A DNA stretch of 63,976 nucleotides, counting the filler, from Sphacelaria rigidula (lineage: Eukaryota): NCBI GenBank assembly GCA_964200075.2. It is 3 parts of 3 records of this genome, joined end to end, with 100 filler letters (N's around TTAATTAATTAA, not from the genome) between each part and the next. Parts side by side here need not be neighbours in the genome. Positions count along the whole stretch, not along the records: positions 21,462 to 42,818 come from CAXNAA020000430.1; positions 42,919 to 63,976 come from CAXNAA020000468.1; 1 more part is not named here. One strand, given 5' to 3'. Numbering within the stretch: the first letter of the stretch is position 1; each line of letters starts with the position of its first letter. A program made the position numbers and the translations under genes. The notes beneath the pieces are model-generated. The model was not told the DNA's origin and made no database searches. It saw only the letters and a program-made list of their open reading frames with translations. This document shows positions 41,301 to 53,232 of the stretch, in pieces.

Positions 41301-42327
41301 TTGGTCAAGACGCAATTGTTTTTGAGGACACAATAAAAGTCATCATCGGGGGAACTAAAACATTACTCGGTTTTCCTGCTCCCAGTTAGCCAAGAAGCGA
41401 TCACAAAAGCGCCGGGGATCCGAGAACTCAAATCGGGCACCAAATCGCCATGAAGAAAGGCTGGACTCCCCAGACTTGTGTAGACGCAGATCTGCTGCCA
41501 TTAAAGTCGGTCCGGTTGTGCTTAGCCCCCCTTTTGGCAGCAACAGAGGGGCAGCAGACTCTTGGCTTTGGTCGTCTGATTCTACGACATGCATCGACGT
41601 ATTCGGCTCGCTTCGCTTCCAGAGTTGCACACAAGGTATGCAGAATATCTCGCCAAAAAGACACAGCCCTTCGTCGACACTTTTTATACCAGCGAGAATT
41701 TCCCCCCCTTGTTTGCGCTTTTACCTGTGCTTCATGCATTTCACCCACGCCTGCTCTTCCGTAAATAATAGGCAAGGTCTCGATTTTTTTAATTTAATAA
41801 TGGAGCCGGCGGAGCACGTCCATATTAACAACGGTTGTACCTTGCGTAATGCGTGCAGGCGACCTTCATTGATGTGGACATACTCCCCCGGCTCCAGTGT
41901 AAAAGCTTGGGGCGGCAAAACAAAACAAAAGGAAAGAGAGGGGGCAGCTGTGTCAACGTGGAAACGATTCTTTTCGAGCCATGGGGCCAAAGGTATCCTG
42001 GATGTGGTGATTTCAAGCCGTAACGACTCGTCCCACATTTGGATACTTTTCAATACATCCTTCGAATCAACAAAAAATCTCGCCCATCGGTCACGATAAT
42101 AATCTGCGCCAACACTAGCACAAACACACGTTTTCATTGCAAGGGAGAACGTGTAACGGGGCAATGCATCAACCAATCCATCATCGCAAAATCGACACCA
42201 GAGACTCCGTTGATTCGTCACGTACCCCTGGCAACGGTTGTGCCTTGCGGAAAGCGTGGAGGCGCCCTTTGTTGATGTGAACGTATTCTCCCGGCTCGAG
42301 GGTGAATACGCTGGGGGCGTAGTTCAT
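23369..42327 (-). CDS. JmjC-domain protein (putative histone lysine demethylase, KDM6/UTX-like C-terminal architecture) with Cys-rich Zn domain and long low-complexity tail; 5'-partial
   Basis: Exons on the minus strand, GT-AG with closing phases: 42327-42226, 41261-41097, 40324-39182, 38921-38804, 36768-36663, 32530-32366, 31481-31312, 25815-23369 (TGA); 4416 nt, about 1471 aa. A further small exon near 31910-32001 is possible. Peptides: FTLEPGEYVHINKGRLHAFRK and ICVSVAWDW (last JmjC strands with the distal Fe-binding His); FACTSCGGELWSGYMHCNGC...VCLVCY and CCGNLTCPECHMCVAGACDCHEEF (Zn-binding). The N-terminal JmjC half with the HxD/E motif is not seen and probably lies in or beyond the 42819 gap. 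Confidence 0.85.
26024..26239. mobile_element. Palindromic MITE with TTA/TAA flanks (PIF/Harbinger-like)
   Basis: TTA-GAGCCTGAACGTTTTCACACAGGTGCTCTGGGATA ... TATCCCAGAGCACTTGTGTGTGCAAAACTTCAGGTTG-TAA; inner arms CCCAGAAGGCGGT / ACCGCCTTCTGGG. Confidence 0.75.
35418..35755 (+). mobile_element. tRNA-derived SINE, family 1
   Basis: A box GGTGGCTCAGTTGG and B box GGTTCGAATCT, with the same core and tail as the 53835 copy. Confidence 0.85.
38208..38575 (+). mobile_element. tRNA-derived SINE, family 1
   Basis: Head CCGGTCACCCCGGTGGCTCAGTTGG, with the same core and tail as the other copies. Confidence 0.85.
41841..41905 (-). pseudogene. Diverged duplicate of the JmjC catalytic-His exon (alternative exon or pseudo-exon)
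   Basis: Reads AFTLEPGEYVHINEGRLHALRK versus FTLEPGEYVHINKGRLHAFRK in exon 42327-42226. It has a polypyrimidine tract plus caag acceptor (phase 1) and an AAG|gtacaa donor. Confidence 0.7.
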
Positions 42328-42818
42328 CTACAGGAGAACACGCGTGGGCGAATCGCATCAAGCACAGGGAGAAGCACAAACGAATCCACGCACAGAGTGA
42401 TTAGAAAAGGGGACGGAAAACGAACCGAAACAAATGGTGGAGAGAGGGTAGAGTAGTGCGTGAGACCCTACTAGCTCATAGCAAAAAAAAGCAAGAGAGG
42501 GCCACCGTCTGAACGTAAAAGACGATCCAAAAACAAAAACACTTGAAAAAGTATACGAAGTGTACAAGGAGAAACAAAAGAAGACGGCGAGTGGGGCAAC
42601 ACACACATACACACCACCATTATAGCAAAAACGGGAAGAGAGGCAATAAACCGGTGGAAAAGGGAAAAGGTGAAGGGAGAAGGGGAAAAAATACGAAGGA
42701 AAAGACAGCGAAAAACAAAAGGGAGGGGGGGGGAGAAGTAGGAATCAACAAAAAAAAAAAACCGGGGGGGGGGGCGGTGCGTTAGGGGGCGGGGAAAAAA
42801 GACAGGAGGGAAGCGGCG

Positions 42819-42918
42819 NNNNNNNNNNNNNNNNNNNNNNNNNNNNNNNNNNNNNNNNNNNNTTAATTAATTAANNNNNNNNNNNNNNNNNNNNNNNNNN
42901 NNNNNNNNNNNNNNNNNN
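42819..42918. other. Artificial contig-join spacer (assembly gap)
   Basis: Identical 44 N + TTAATTAATTAA + 44 N construct. Confidence 0.97.
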
Positions 42919-44136
42919 AAGACAGATATGCCACTTCAGCCCCATATTTTGTTTGAACCCCAAAATATAAAATCGGCTGTTATTAGGAGCGTTCATGTGT
43001 CCCCCTGGTTGTTCCAAGGGGGAGAGAGACAACTTCTATGAGCAGAGACACTATAGTCTATGGCAGAAGGGTTTAGAGATCGTGCCCTGCAAGCAGTCGT
43101 CTTTCTCTTGCCTTCGGGCCCGAAAATATTAATGAAAAAAGCAATTCGAAAGAAAAGCAATAAACGGATGGTTTTCTTGGAAAGCAGTCGTGCATTGTAA
43201 CGAGTATAAACCGTTCAAGCAAGGAAATTTCGATTTTGAACAGGGAAACATGTACTACGATACCCCTGAATACTTTTCCAAAGGTTTCATTCCGAGCGAC
43301 GTTCCACAAATACCCCAACAGTTAGGTACGGACACCTAAAATCCCCCAAAAACGGTTTTTCACCAAGGTCCCTGATATTTCGGTTATCGAAATCGAAATT
43401 TTCATGGCGTGTAGTAGTCAATACCTACCAGAAAGTGAAGACATGGAAGCATGCTTCGAAGAGTTGGTGTGGATACGAAGATTTGAACTCTCCGGGTTTT
43501 AATCCCGAATGAAACATTCATCACCAATTTGTAAAATACCGTGTTGAAGCCTTTGGCACCGGAGACGACACCAGCTCCCTCGTGCAACAGTCAGCGGGCT
43601 GACAACCAACGGAAACCAGACTAACCAAAAAGCGTGAGGCTGCGACGCACGGCGCGGCAGCGCCATGTCGAGGTAACAACAGGGCAACATGGATAGCGAC
43701 GTCGTTCGCAGAACAAGCATGGTGGGTAGTCCCCGATGGCGGCCACCCCCGCTCATCATGTGCGAGACACTGAGCTCAACAAGCCACCACTAAAATCTTT
43801 GCAACACTTTTGTTCACTTTGTGCTTGCTGTGGGTTCATCAATGTGGCACTGAGTGATCCCCGCTGTGGCAAGAGCATCGTGCAGAACGCTTGTTACTTC
43901 AGCCCGGGATAGGCTGGCTTTCGCCTTCCAGCAGTATCTTGCGCCGAGAAAGATCTTAGACCACCAGCAGATTCGGTCTTGGCAGGGTGGTAGTATATCC
44001 CATCCACACAGAAGTAGATACCGCTCACCGCAGTGGCCCCGCCAGGGTGGGTCTCATCAGCATAGGGAAGTCGGCAATCTAAACATGTGCCGGGACAGAT
44101 TCTGATTAATCAAGTTAGCGGACGAAATCCGTATCA

Positions 44137-44576
44137 AACACGGGACCTTACAAATTGGGGATGGATCATTTACTGGGGATGAGAAACCCGGAGAATTAAA
44201 ATCTTCGTATCCACATCAAATCTTCGAAATATGTTTCTATTTTTTCACCTACTGATTACTACTGACAACTGCTATATGCCATACAACTTTGGATTTCGAT
44301 CACCGAAATTATGGGGTCCTAGGTCAAAAAACGATTTCGGAACCATTTTGGCGTTCGGACACCCAGAATTCCCCAAAATTGGTTTTTCACGTATGACCCC
44401 AACATTTCGGTGATCGAAATCCAAATCTGGATGGCGTAAAGCAGTGGTCAATAGCCATCAGTAGGTGAAAAAATGGAAACATATTTCGAAGATTTGGTGT
44501 GGATACGAAGATTTTAGTTCTCCGGGTTTCTCATCCCCAATAAATGATCCATCCTCAATTTGTAAGATCCCGTGTT
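44137..44576. mobile_element. Foldback element, ~200-bp arms, 4-bp TSD (ATCA)
   Basis: ATCA|AACACGGGACCTTACAAATTG ... CAATTTGTAAGATCCCGTGTT|ATCA. An older right-arm copy lies at ~43340-43546. Confidence 0.85.
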
Positions 44577-46012
44577 ATCACAAGTCAGATCTCCCACACA
44601 CAAATAAGGTGACCCAATGTGAATTAAAAGAAGCGTGACTATGGCCAAGCGTTCAAAATCGGCACTCGCCCAAAATTTAGGACCCGTCCAAAATTAGGCG
44701 GATGGCGAAAACATGGAACATGTCCTGTTTCACTGTACCGCAGGAAAACACAAACTCACACCTTCTCTCATGTATTCGAAGCTTTAACGGTCTTTACTCT
44801 GGTGTGTTGACGCACTGCGAAGACGAATGGATTGCATGAGCTGCGATATTGTCGTTGTGTTCGTCTCCCCAGAAACAACGCTACTCTGCACGCAGTGCTG
44901 GCTGCACACTGTTGAAAACTTCATCATGTGTTGGCTGGTTCGTCTTTCGTACAACGAACAAGGCGCTGTCCGCTGCTGCGACACTCCTGCTGGTGTTGTA
45001 CGTTGGGGCCGTGTGCTGTACTGTACTGCAACACGTTTTTTGTGAGTGCGGGCGTCATTAGCCGTGAGATTCGACCGCACGAACACTAGATTTAGACTAC
45101 TCCCCTGGCGATTCCCAAGCAAAATGGGGCGATCTGATTGGTAATTACCAAGCAAATATGTCCCGCTCCAAATGCAATTCACCGGGAAATAAGATTAGAC
45201 CAGTCAATCCAATCAGGGCAGGGGACAGTTTACAATCTCCCACGGTACGTTGTGCCAACCAGGACACACCCCACAAGTTAGGGCCCACCGGCATGGGTGA
45301 AACATGTCAGTTTGGTCAGTTCTGTCCGACCGGGGAGCCAGAATACCTGTTCCTACATGCTTTTTCCTCACCATTACTGGCCACATCACCTTGCCCCTCT
45401 CCGATATCAAACCAGCTAGGTTCCCTCCAGGCACGGGGCCGATGTACCCCCTCCCACGGTACGTTTTGCCCACCAATATCTGTCTCACTAGCCTGGGTCC
45501 CATCAGTATGGGGAAAACACGTCAGACCAGCCTGTTGCACTCTGGGTAGGGGGGCAGTATACCCTCTTTCGCAGCATATTCGACCCGCCACCATGAGAAA
45601 AATACGGCACACGAAAGTCACAGTGCGTTATGCTGGTGCAGTCGCCTTAACCTGATTAAAACAGACGGGGCCTCGCGAGCGTATCACAAGTGCAAGCCAG
45701 AGCATAACACGGGCAGATCGCAAGCCGGTACACAGTTTTACGGGCTGGCGGTGTCACACACTCTTTGTGATAAAGAGATAGTCGCCGACTCGGGAAGAAA
45801 ACCAATCGACACAAGGGTACACGGAAAGAGGTCATGTGCTGTACAAACTAGCACATACTGTCATCATCCTCGCAACCAAAAGCGAAGGACTGGTCCTATG
45901 TTCTCCACCACGTGTGCCAGAAAGAAAATGAAAGTTCAATCGAGGACCACAGCACTACACACGACACGAGGGAGAAAACCAGAACGAATTTACGACCAAA
46001 AATGGATTGACT

Positions 46013-49000
46013 CTACACGTCAACAAACTCGTCATCTCGAATGGAGGACGAAGACATCCCCCCAGGCCCACGCGCCGACGACCCCCGCCTCGCCGCCGCT
46101 CTCGACCCCAACAGCGGCGTTTCTAGCGATTGCAAGGCAGATACACTACCAGCATGCCCCGACGACATCGGCGAGCGTTCAACGGACATCGAGTTTGCAT
46201 GAATCCCGGGCCTGAACGGGGGGGAAGGGGATGAAAAACATGATTCAAGAGACAAAGAGTAAAAAAATGAATAAATGAAGGAACATTTTTTGCTTCACGT
46301 ATCATTGCGATTTTTCCCAGGCGTCGAGTGAACTTCGACTTCCAAGTGGCCGTCAGCAACGCAACGGTTTTTCCTTCTGGGATGGCGATGGGGAGGGATG
46401 AAGGCGAAGGGGGACCGTGACCACGGGGCTTCAACGCGGGCAGAAGGGAAAGTTTGATGTTCTCTGATCGGGTAGGAACTATTTCCACCGCACCCCGGCG
46501 GTTGGTGTTACTGGTATACCGACGAGCAGGTGGAGTGAGAAATTGATGGTTCACATCTTGGTAGATACGGTCGTTTTTGTTTTAGCAAAACTGGTATTTG
46601 TCGTCACAAGCGTAAATAAGTGAGCGTCGAAATAAACTTGACTGAAGCCGAGAGGGTTAGAGTGGAGAGTGCTGATGGAATGCATCCCCCATGATATAGG
46701 GCAGGGTTCACTGGCGTAAGAAAAAAATGACGTCAATCCAGACACACGTACAAGTAGCACTCACGAAAAAAATCGAAACGACCCAGTGTACGTACGAATT
46801 GCGGCAAAATCGAGCGTAAAAAAAAGATCGATTTGCGAGTGACGAACAAATGAAATCTACAATTTCCGCTGGGAGAGGCAGGGGTATTTTCCGACACGCG
46901 CCCACGAACATTCAAGTCATTGTTTCCTTCGATACTGCTGAAGGCATCAGACACTAAACCCGACTCGGACCAGAACACAAAGCAAACACAAGGTACACAT
47001 TCATCTGCTGAGATTACTTTCTTATTTCCTGTTGTTTACTCGGCACTTGCTATTTCACTTTGTTGTTCATTCGACACTTGGAAGAATGCCAAAAAAAAAC
47101 GCGCGCACACGAAAAAATATGCAAATTCAACCATCAAAATGGCATACACACCAGGCTCTGGACAACATAATAGTATATTGCAACTGCATTAGTTTGAAAT
47201 CATCGGCTATCGATGGACATTGTATACCGCAACAGATTCTGCGATGTACCCATCGATAGTCATTGTCATCAACAGATTTGGCAAGGCATCTGCTGATATC
47301 CATTGCCGTCATCAACGGATTTGGCAAACAATATATCGATAACCTTTGCCAACAATGGAAATGAGGGTCTATAAATTATTATATATAATTAACTCATTAA
47401 TTGAGTAAGTAATTGGTTGGTTGTTGGTTGGTTGGGTTGGATGGTATGATGAAATTTATTTTTTGGACAAGGGAAAGACAAAATCGAAAGACATTTCCGT
47501 CAACAAGATATCATTGTAGAGGGTATCTATCGATAGCCAATGCCCCCAACGAAAGGTTTGGAATAACAATATTGATATTTACATTGTTCACTTCAATCGT
47601 CTAACGGTATTAACTACATTGATCCCAACGCATACGGTACAAACGCAACTAACTACCTGAGGCGACAGCCGGCAATAGCTTTTGTTGTGAAAGGTATGAA
47701 ACATCCACCGGAAATGTGCCTCAATAGTTATTGATCGACGCCATGCAGCTCCCACTGTGGCCAGCAATAGGTATCGATGGCCATGATTGAAATCGTATTG
47801 TGACGAGCATTAGTCAGTGGCGGTCGCGATTCAGATCCTTTGTGACCAACGTTAGACATCGATGCCCGCGATGCAGATCCTGTTGTGACCAGCGATAGAC
47901 ACTGGTGGACGCAATGCAGAGCCTATTGCAACAAGTATCTCATAGATACACGACTTAGCCACCCCATTTTTACGGAAATGAACCGTTCTGTCCCTTGCTC
48001 CGGATGTATTGTTGCCTACAATAATTATCGATAGACAGTGATGTCAGTCGATGGCGGCTGACAACGGACTTCGAAATTCACAATTCAGGGGCTGCTGTGG
48101 CAGCAACGTTCCATCATAGCCTTTTCTCCAGCGTATGCGCGCATCTTACCCGCACACGAATTACCCTCAGCGCTTTTGTCCATCAGAGGGAGAACTCTGA
48201 GTACCAGCACCACACCAACAAAAAACTCATAAACTTCTGTCCACACGTGTCGTGGATTTTTACCAATAGCATACACACGTTCCGAAGTTCTAGAATCATG
48301 ACGTCGCTTTTTTACGAGTGTCACTAGTATCATCATATATCCACCGCATATTCAACTGCGGCCTCTCTACCGTACTTTAAATAGAGTATATGTTTTATGC
48401 ACAGTATGAAGCACTGTGCGAGTGGAAACAGGCGACAGAGGGTAAACTGTCAATAGGCGTTGTTACCACCGGAACGGATTTTGGTGTTTATCTATCGATC
48501 GACGTTGCGCACCACGATAGATATGGTATGTATCTATCGACAGCCACCAACATATTCTTAACGCAATTTAACAAAAACAATTGACGTCGTCAACATATAT
48601 GGCACAGTCTATCGATACTCATTGCCATCATCAACAGATTTGGAAAGCTATCCATATCGATATATTTGGTCGGCCGCAACAGCTTTGGGTGTAGGGCCAC
48701 AAAAGATTGCTGTCCGGGCAACGGTGTGGGAAAGGGGTCTATCGACAGACATTACCGACGACAATACACAGAGAAACCGATCGGGACGATAATATTAGCA
48801 CCTAGTACAGTAGATGATATTGCTTTTGCAACTTTCATTGTTCCTTGTTCATTGTCCAGCGTGTGATTAGTGTACCAATTGATATTAATGTACCACACTG
48901 CATAACCTCAAACCTCCAAACTTCATAAACAAAGGTACCATCATACCTTAATCTATCGAGCTCGGTCGGATACCAGAGGAGCTCAACGTGGGGATATCTC

Positions 49001-52000
49001 AAACCGGACAAGTTTCGAATCTTACTGTTCCCAACACATACGCCAAACTTCATGGAAGAGGGTGAATCATTTCAACCTTCATCCGGCGCGACAAAATGTC
49101 ATGCGAGCGCTAGCTAGCTGCTGCGTATGTCAACAATGGCAGATGCCAAACCTTGGATCAAAGGCGATGAACGTGACTGCCAGCTGCGCACCCATGATTC
49201 ACATATTTTGCACATTTTCCCGAATTTCCAAATGTTCGAAGACTCGAACTTTCAACACCTTCCACATTTCATGCCAAGACACACGCAAACATATCCACAC
49301 ACACACCTGCAGTCGTCGGGATCGATCGCAGGCGACGTAAGCGCCAGTTGCGCATACATCAACGACTCAAACTCGTCCGGGTTGACCACCCTCTCTTGAA
49401 GCTTGTTGCTCTCGCCGCCGCCGCTGGTCGCCACTGACATGGCCTTGTTGCTTCGCCTATCCACCTTAGCGGCGGTCTCCAGCGATACCCTCTCCGCAGG
49501 CCCAAGATACCTGCACACTCGGGAGGGGGGGGGGGCGTGTACTTGGGATTTTTCCTGCCGTAGGCATAACACCATTGACCTCGCAGCCCCACAAAGCCGG
49601 GACGGAGTATGCCGGGCTTTCGCCGGACAACGTTTTCGCCTGACAAAGTTTTCACATCTGTTTTCGCCTCATCACAATGTACATCTTCTCAAGCAATTAC
49701 AAAAGCACCTGCTGTCTTGTCTTGCCCTGCTGTACATATATACACCAACACACCCGCCAGTGTAGCCGCCATTAATATGATACATTTCAAAAAAGAAAAC
49801 AAAAACAACGGCAAAAAAAAACACACACACACAAAATCGTGAATACAAAGAAATCATGTACACAGCACAACAGAAAAACACACACACACACAACGACCAA
49901 ATGCACTAATAGCGTACGTTCTAGATACCCGCCCCATATGTCGGACCTTTTGTAGCTCCTGTTGCCGTACAGGTACACCATCACAGGAAGGGGCAGCAAG
50001 CAGATACCAGGATAGTAACCCGCCTTGATGAACACGTAGCCCGTCAGGGTCAGCTGGGCCAGGCCTAGCCCGACTAGTACGCGGGGATACACGCTGTGGA
50101 ACATCACCAAAACACATGTACAGACACACGCACCAAAAAATCAGGGCAACCAGGATCAAGAGAAGCAGAAGTAGATAAACGCCAGAGTAAAACAGCATGC
50201 AGTACCAGGTTATGACCCATGATATAACCCAAAAATAAGAGTATGGCTATGATCATCAACATAAGCGGCAGCAGCAGCAGCAGCGAGAGACAAATCATGA
50301 GGTACTACCCTTGGGTGCAAGTGCATTATACCCCCCGCCCGAGCCTGGTCGGGCGAAAACCCGGCGTACTCCGACCCGGCTTTGTGCGGTTGAGAGGTCA
50401 ATGGCCATGTCACTACGGCATGCAAGACCACGGGTACCCCCGTCCCTCCCCCCGATGAACAGCCGCCCCACCGCCCCCCCCTCGATCAACACACTCGAGC
50501 AATGAGCTTCCGGCGATATTTGGCACAACGTCGATATCTACAGTAGTGGGGTAAGTGCGGTACGTAACAAACCACTCCCCTCCTATAAATCCCAACACTA
50601 GGTGATGACTCCTCGAGCTTCAGACAATTAATCATCTAGGGGATGTGTACAGTCACCTGCCACACGCACGGAGCCATGTATTGAATCGCCCCTTGCTCTG
50701 TTTTGTACCAACTTGTCGCCCGTTCTTGTCCTTCCTCACTACAGGCTTACAGCCATACTCAAAGTACACTCATACGCAAACAAATATTACCATGAGCGAA
50801 ACAAAACAGCGCTCCATGACAACAGCTGAACGAGAACACGGCACGCGAAACGGATTGCGCCAAAAGAAAAGAGGGTTGACGGGGGTGCGGTGGGGGGGGG
50901 ACGTGCATCGTTTGTGCACGCATGACCATGCGACACTCTACCAGCATGTCGAAATACACGAAGACTTTACCTGAACCAGAAGACGCCCCCGCTCTCGAAC
51001 TTGGGAACGTACACGTAAAGCACCTGAGCAATTCAATAGAAGCCACGAGACGGGGGAACGGAGGGGACGAACGCATGAGCGAACGTCTATTCCGAGGGTA
51101 GGTCGGGTACGGGAAACCCGATCTTTTGGTGTTTTGAAAAGTGGGGATCCTATTCACGCCCACAGCAACAGTGCTCCTCTCTGTTGAAGGCCATACTACA
51201 AGTAATTGCGACTGACTCAGGCAGGTGATGTACGACTTTTAAAAAACTACAATATCGGGTATACCCTATGCGGGGTGGAATACATCTATTCCACCGTGTA
51301 GGTGTATTTCTTCCTGCGCTTTGCTTTTTTTTCCTCCTCATTCATTTTTTTTTTCACGTCTTAGTCTACCATGTCGTTCTGTTCGACTTTTTCTGTTCCT
51401 TTTTTTTCTTCAGCGAGTGTTCCCATTTTGTCTTGTCTTGGGTACGTCCATCATGTGACCACGGCTGGATCATGACTACCTGGGGGGTCAGTCAAAGCGC
51501 GACAATCAATCAACCAACCAATAGATCACTCAATCGGGTTTCTTCGCATGCGCAGAAAATCCTAGAAAAATTATTCACCCTAGATACAAAAATCTAAAAT
51601 TGTGTTCTGTACGGTATATCTCGGCAAAAATTCGGGTATTTACCCAAGTACAGTGCTGGTAAATACCCTTCTGAACCATATCGGATTCATTTTTTCTTCT
51701 CTATTTGTCGCACTTTGAACCCCTCCCTTCCTCGGGACGAGTCTGTGGTCTCAAGGGATCAATCCATATCTCCCGAATTGTTCGGAATAAGGCTCGATAC
51801 CCTATCGGGTCATCTCGGAAAGTTCGGCACACGCGTCGGTACAGTTTAGTATGCCGACCAAAACTCTCGCACCTCCGAGTATACATTACACAACACAATT
51901 TTCCTAAAAATCGAAGAAAAGGCGCATAATAAAAAGCACGCGGAAGAACCGAGGTACCACCACTGCGGAGGTACCACCGCCTGCAACCCATTATCTTGAC

Positions 52001-52821
52001 GTACGTGACACGATTGGAGTTGGGAGTCTTCCAACGTAGTGCGTTCGACCAGTCAACCTCTTTGGGATCTAGGGCTTCATTCGCCAAAAGTTAGCCTTCT
52101 TGAGCTTTAATGGTGAGGTAAGTGATGTTTATTTTGACAAAAAAAAAAACATTTAATGAAACATCATAACTAGGAAAAGAAAAAAATAATGAAGGTGCTA
52201 TGATTGGCCGGCTATCATGATCCACAAATGAACTGATTTCCATCTTCCGGGTCACTACGAAGATCCCAATACTTGGCCTGACATCGAACAGTTCCACGCT
52301 TTTGATCGAAAACTCAGCGTGAAGAAACTTACATGTTTGCCAGTGTGCGTGAGGAGGTTTCAACACGCTAACATGTGCTCAATATGCATTCCAGGGTAAG
52401 CTGCATCGCCCAAAATAGAAAACACCCTTATCTTTTCTTCCTTCCGTCACTCCTTAATCATGGATGACGATACCTGGTGCTTGTACACGATGTAGGAGAA
52501 GCCGAAAAAGATGGCGCCCGCGGGCATGATGAACGGACTGATCACTGCGTAGATGAAGCACACCACTAGCACCAACAGCAACGTAGGGTACGCCTGTCCA
52601 GAAAAAAATAATCAACAAAAGAGAAGGGCACGTGACCTTTTGACCGCAGTGTCTAAAGAAACCACAGGCAGGGTGCACGGCGTTTTGCTGCACATGCACT
52701 TGTTTATACACATATATGATTGGTTGACTGATTGATTGTCTCACTTTACCTGGTTCCCTAGGTGTGTGGTCATTATCCACATGATATACGCACCCGAGAC
52801 AAAACAAAACGGAAACACTAC

Positions 52822-52856
<35 letters not shown>

Positions 52857-53173
52857 GCCCGCCTGCCAACAGCATTGAGGGTATTTCACTGTGACCACAA
52901 ACAAAACACAACTGTCCCACGCAATGCTCCGCGTGTCAAGGTGCGATGAACAGTCCCATTCCCCCACCCCACCCCCCCCCCGTCCGGCGACAACCCGGCG
53001 TGTTCCGTCCCGGCTTTGTGGAGATGCGAGGTCAATGGTCTGGTGACTATGGCATGCACGATCGTGAGTACACCCCCACCGATACCCCGCTCTATTAGGA
53101 GAAAGAACGTTACTCCGTCTCGGAAGGGATGCGTGGTCAATGGTCAAACGACTAAGGCAAGCAACAAATGAGT

Positions 53174-53232
<59 letters not shown>

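Noticed and set aside
43854-44105. Possible missing 5' JmjC exon on the minus strand
   Set aside because: No HxD/E motif or JmjC-like peptide was found in the frames examined.
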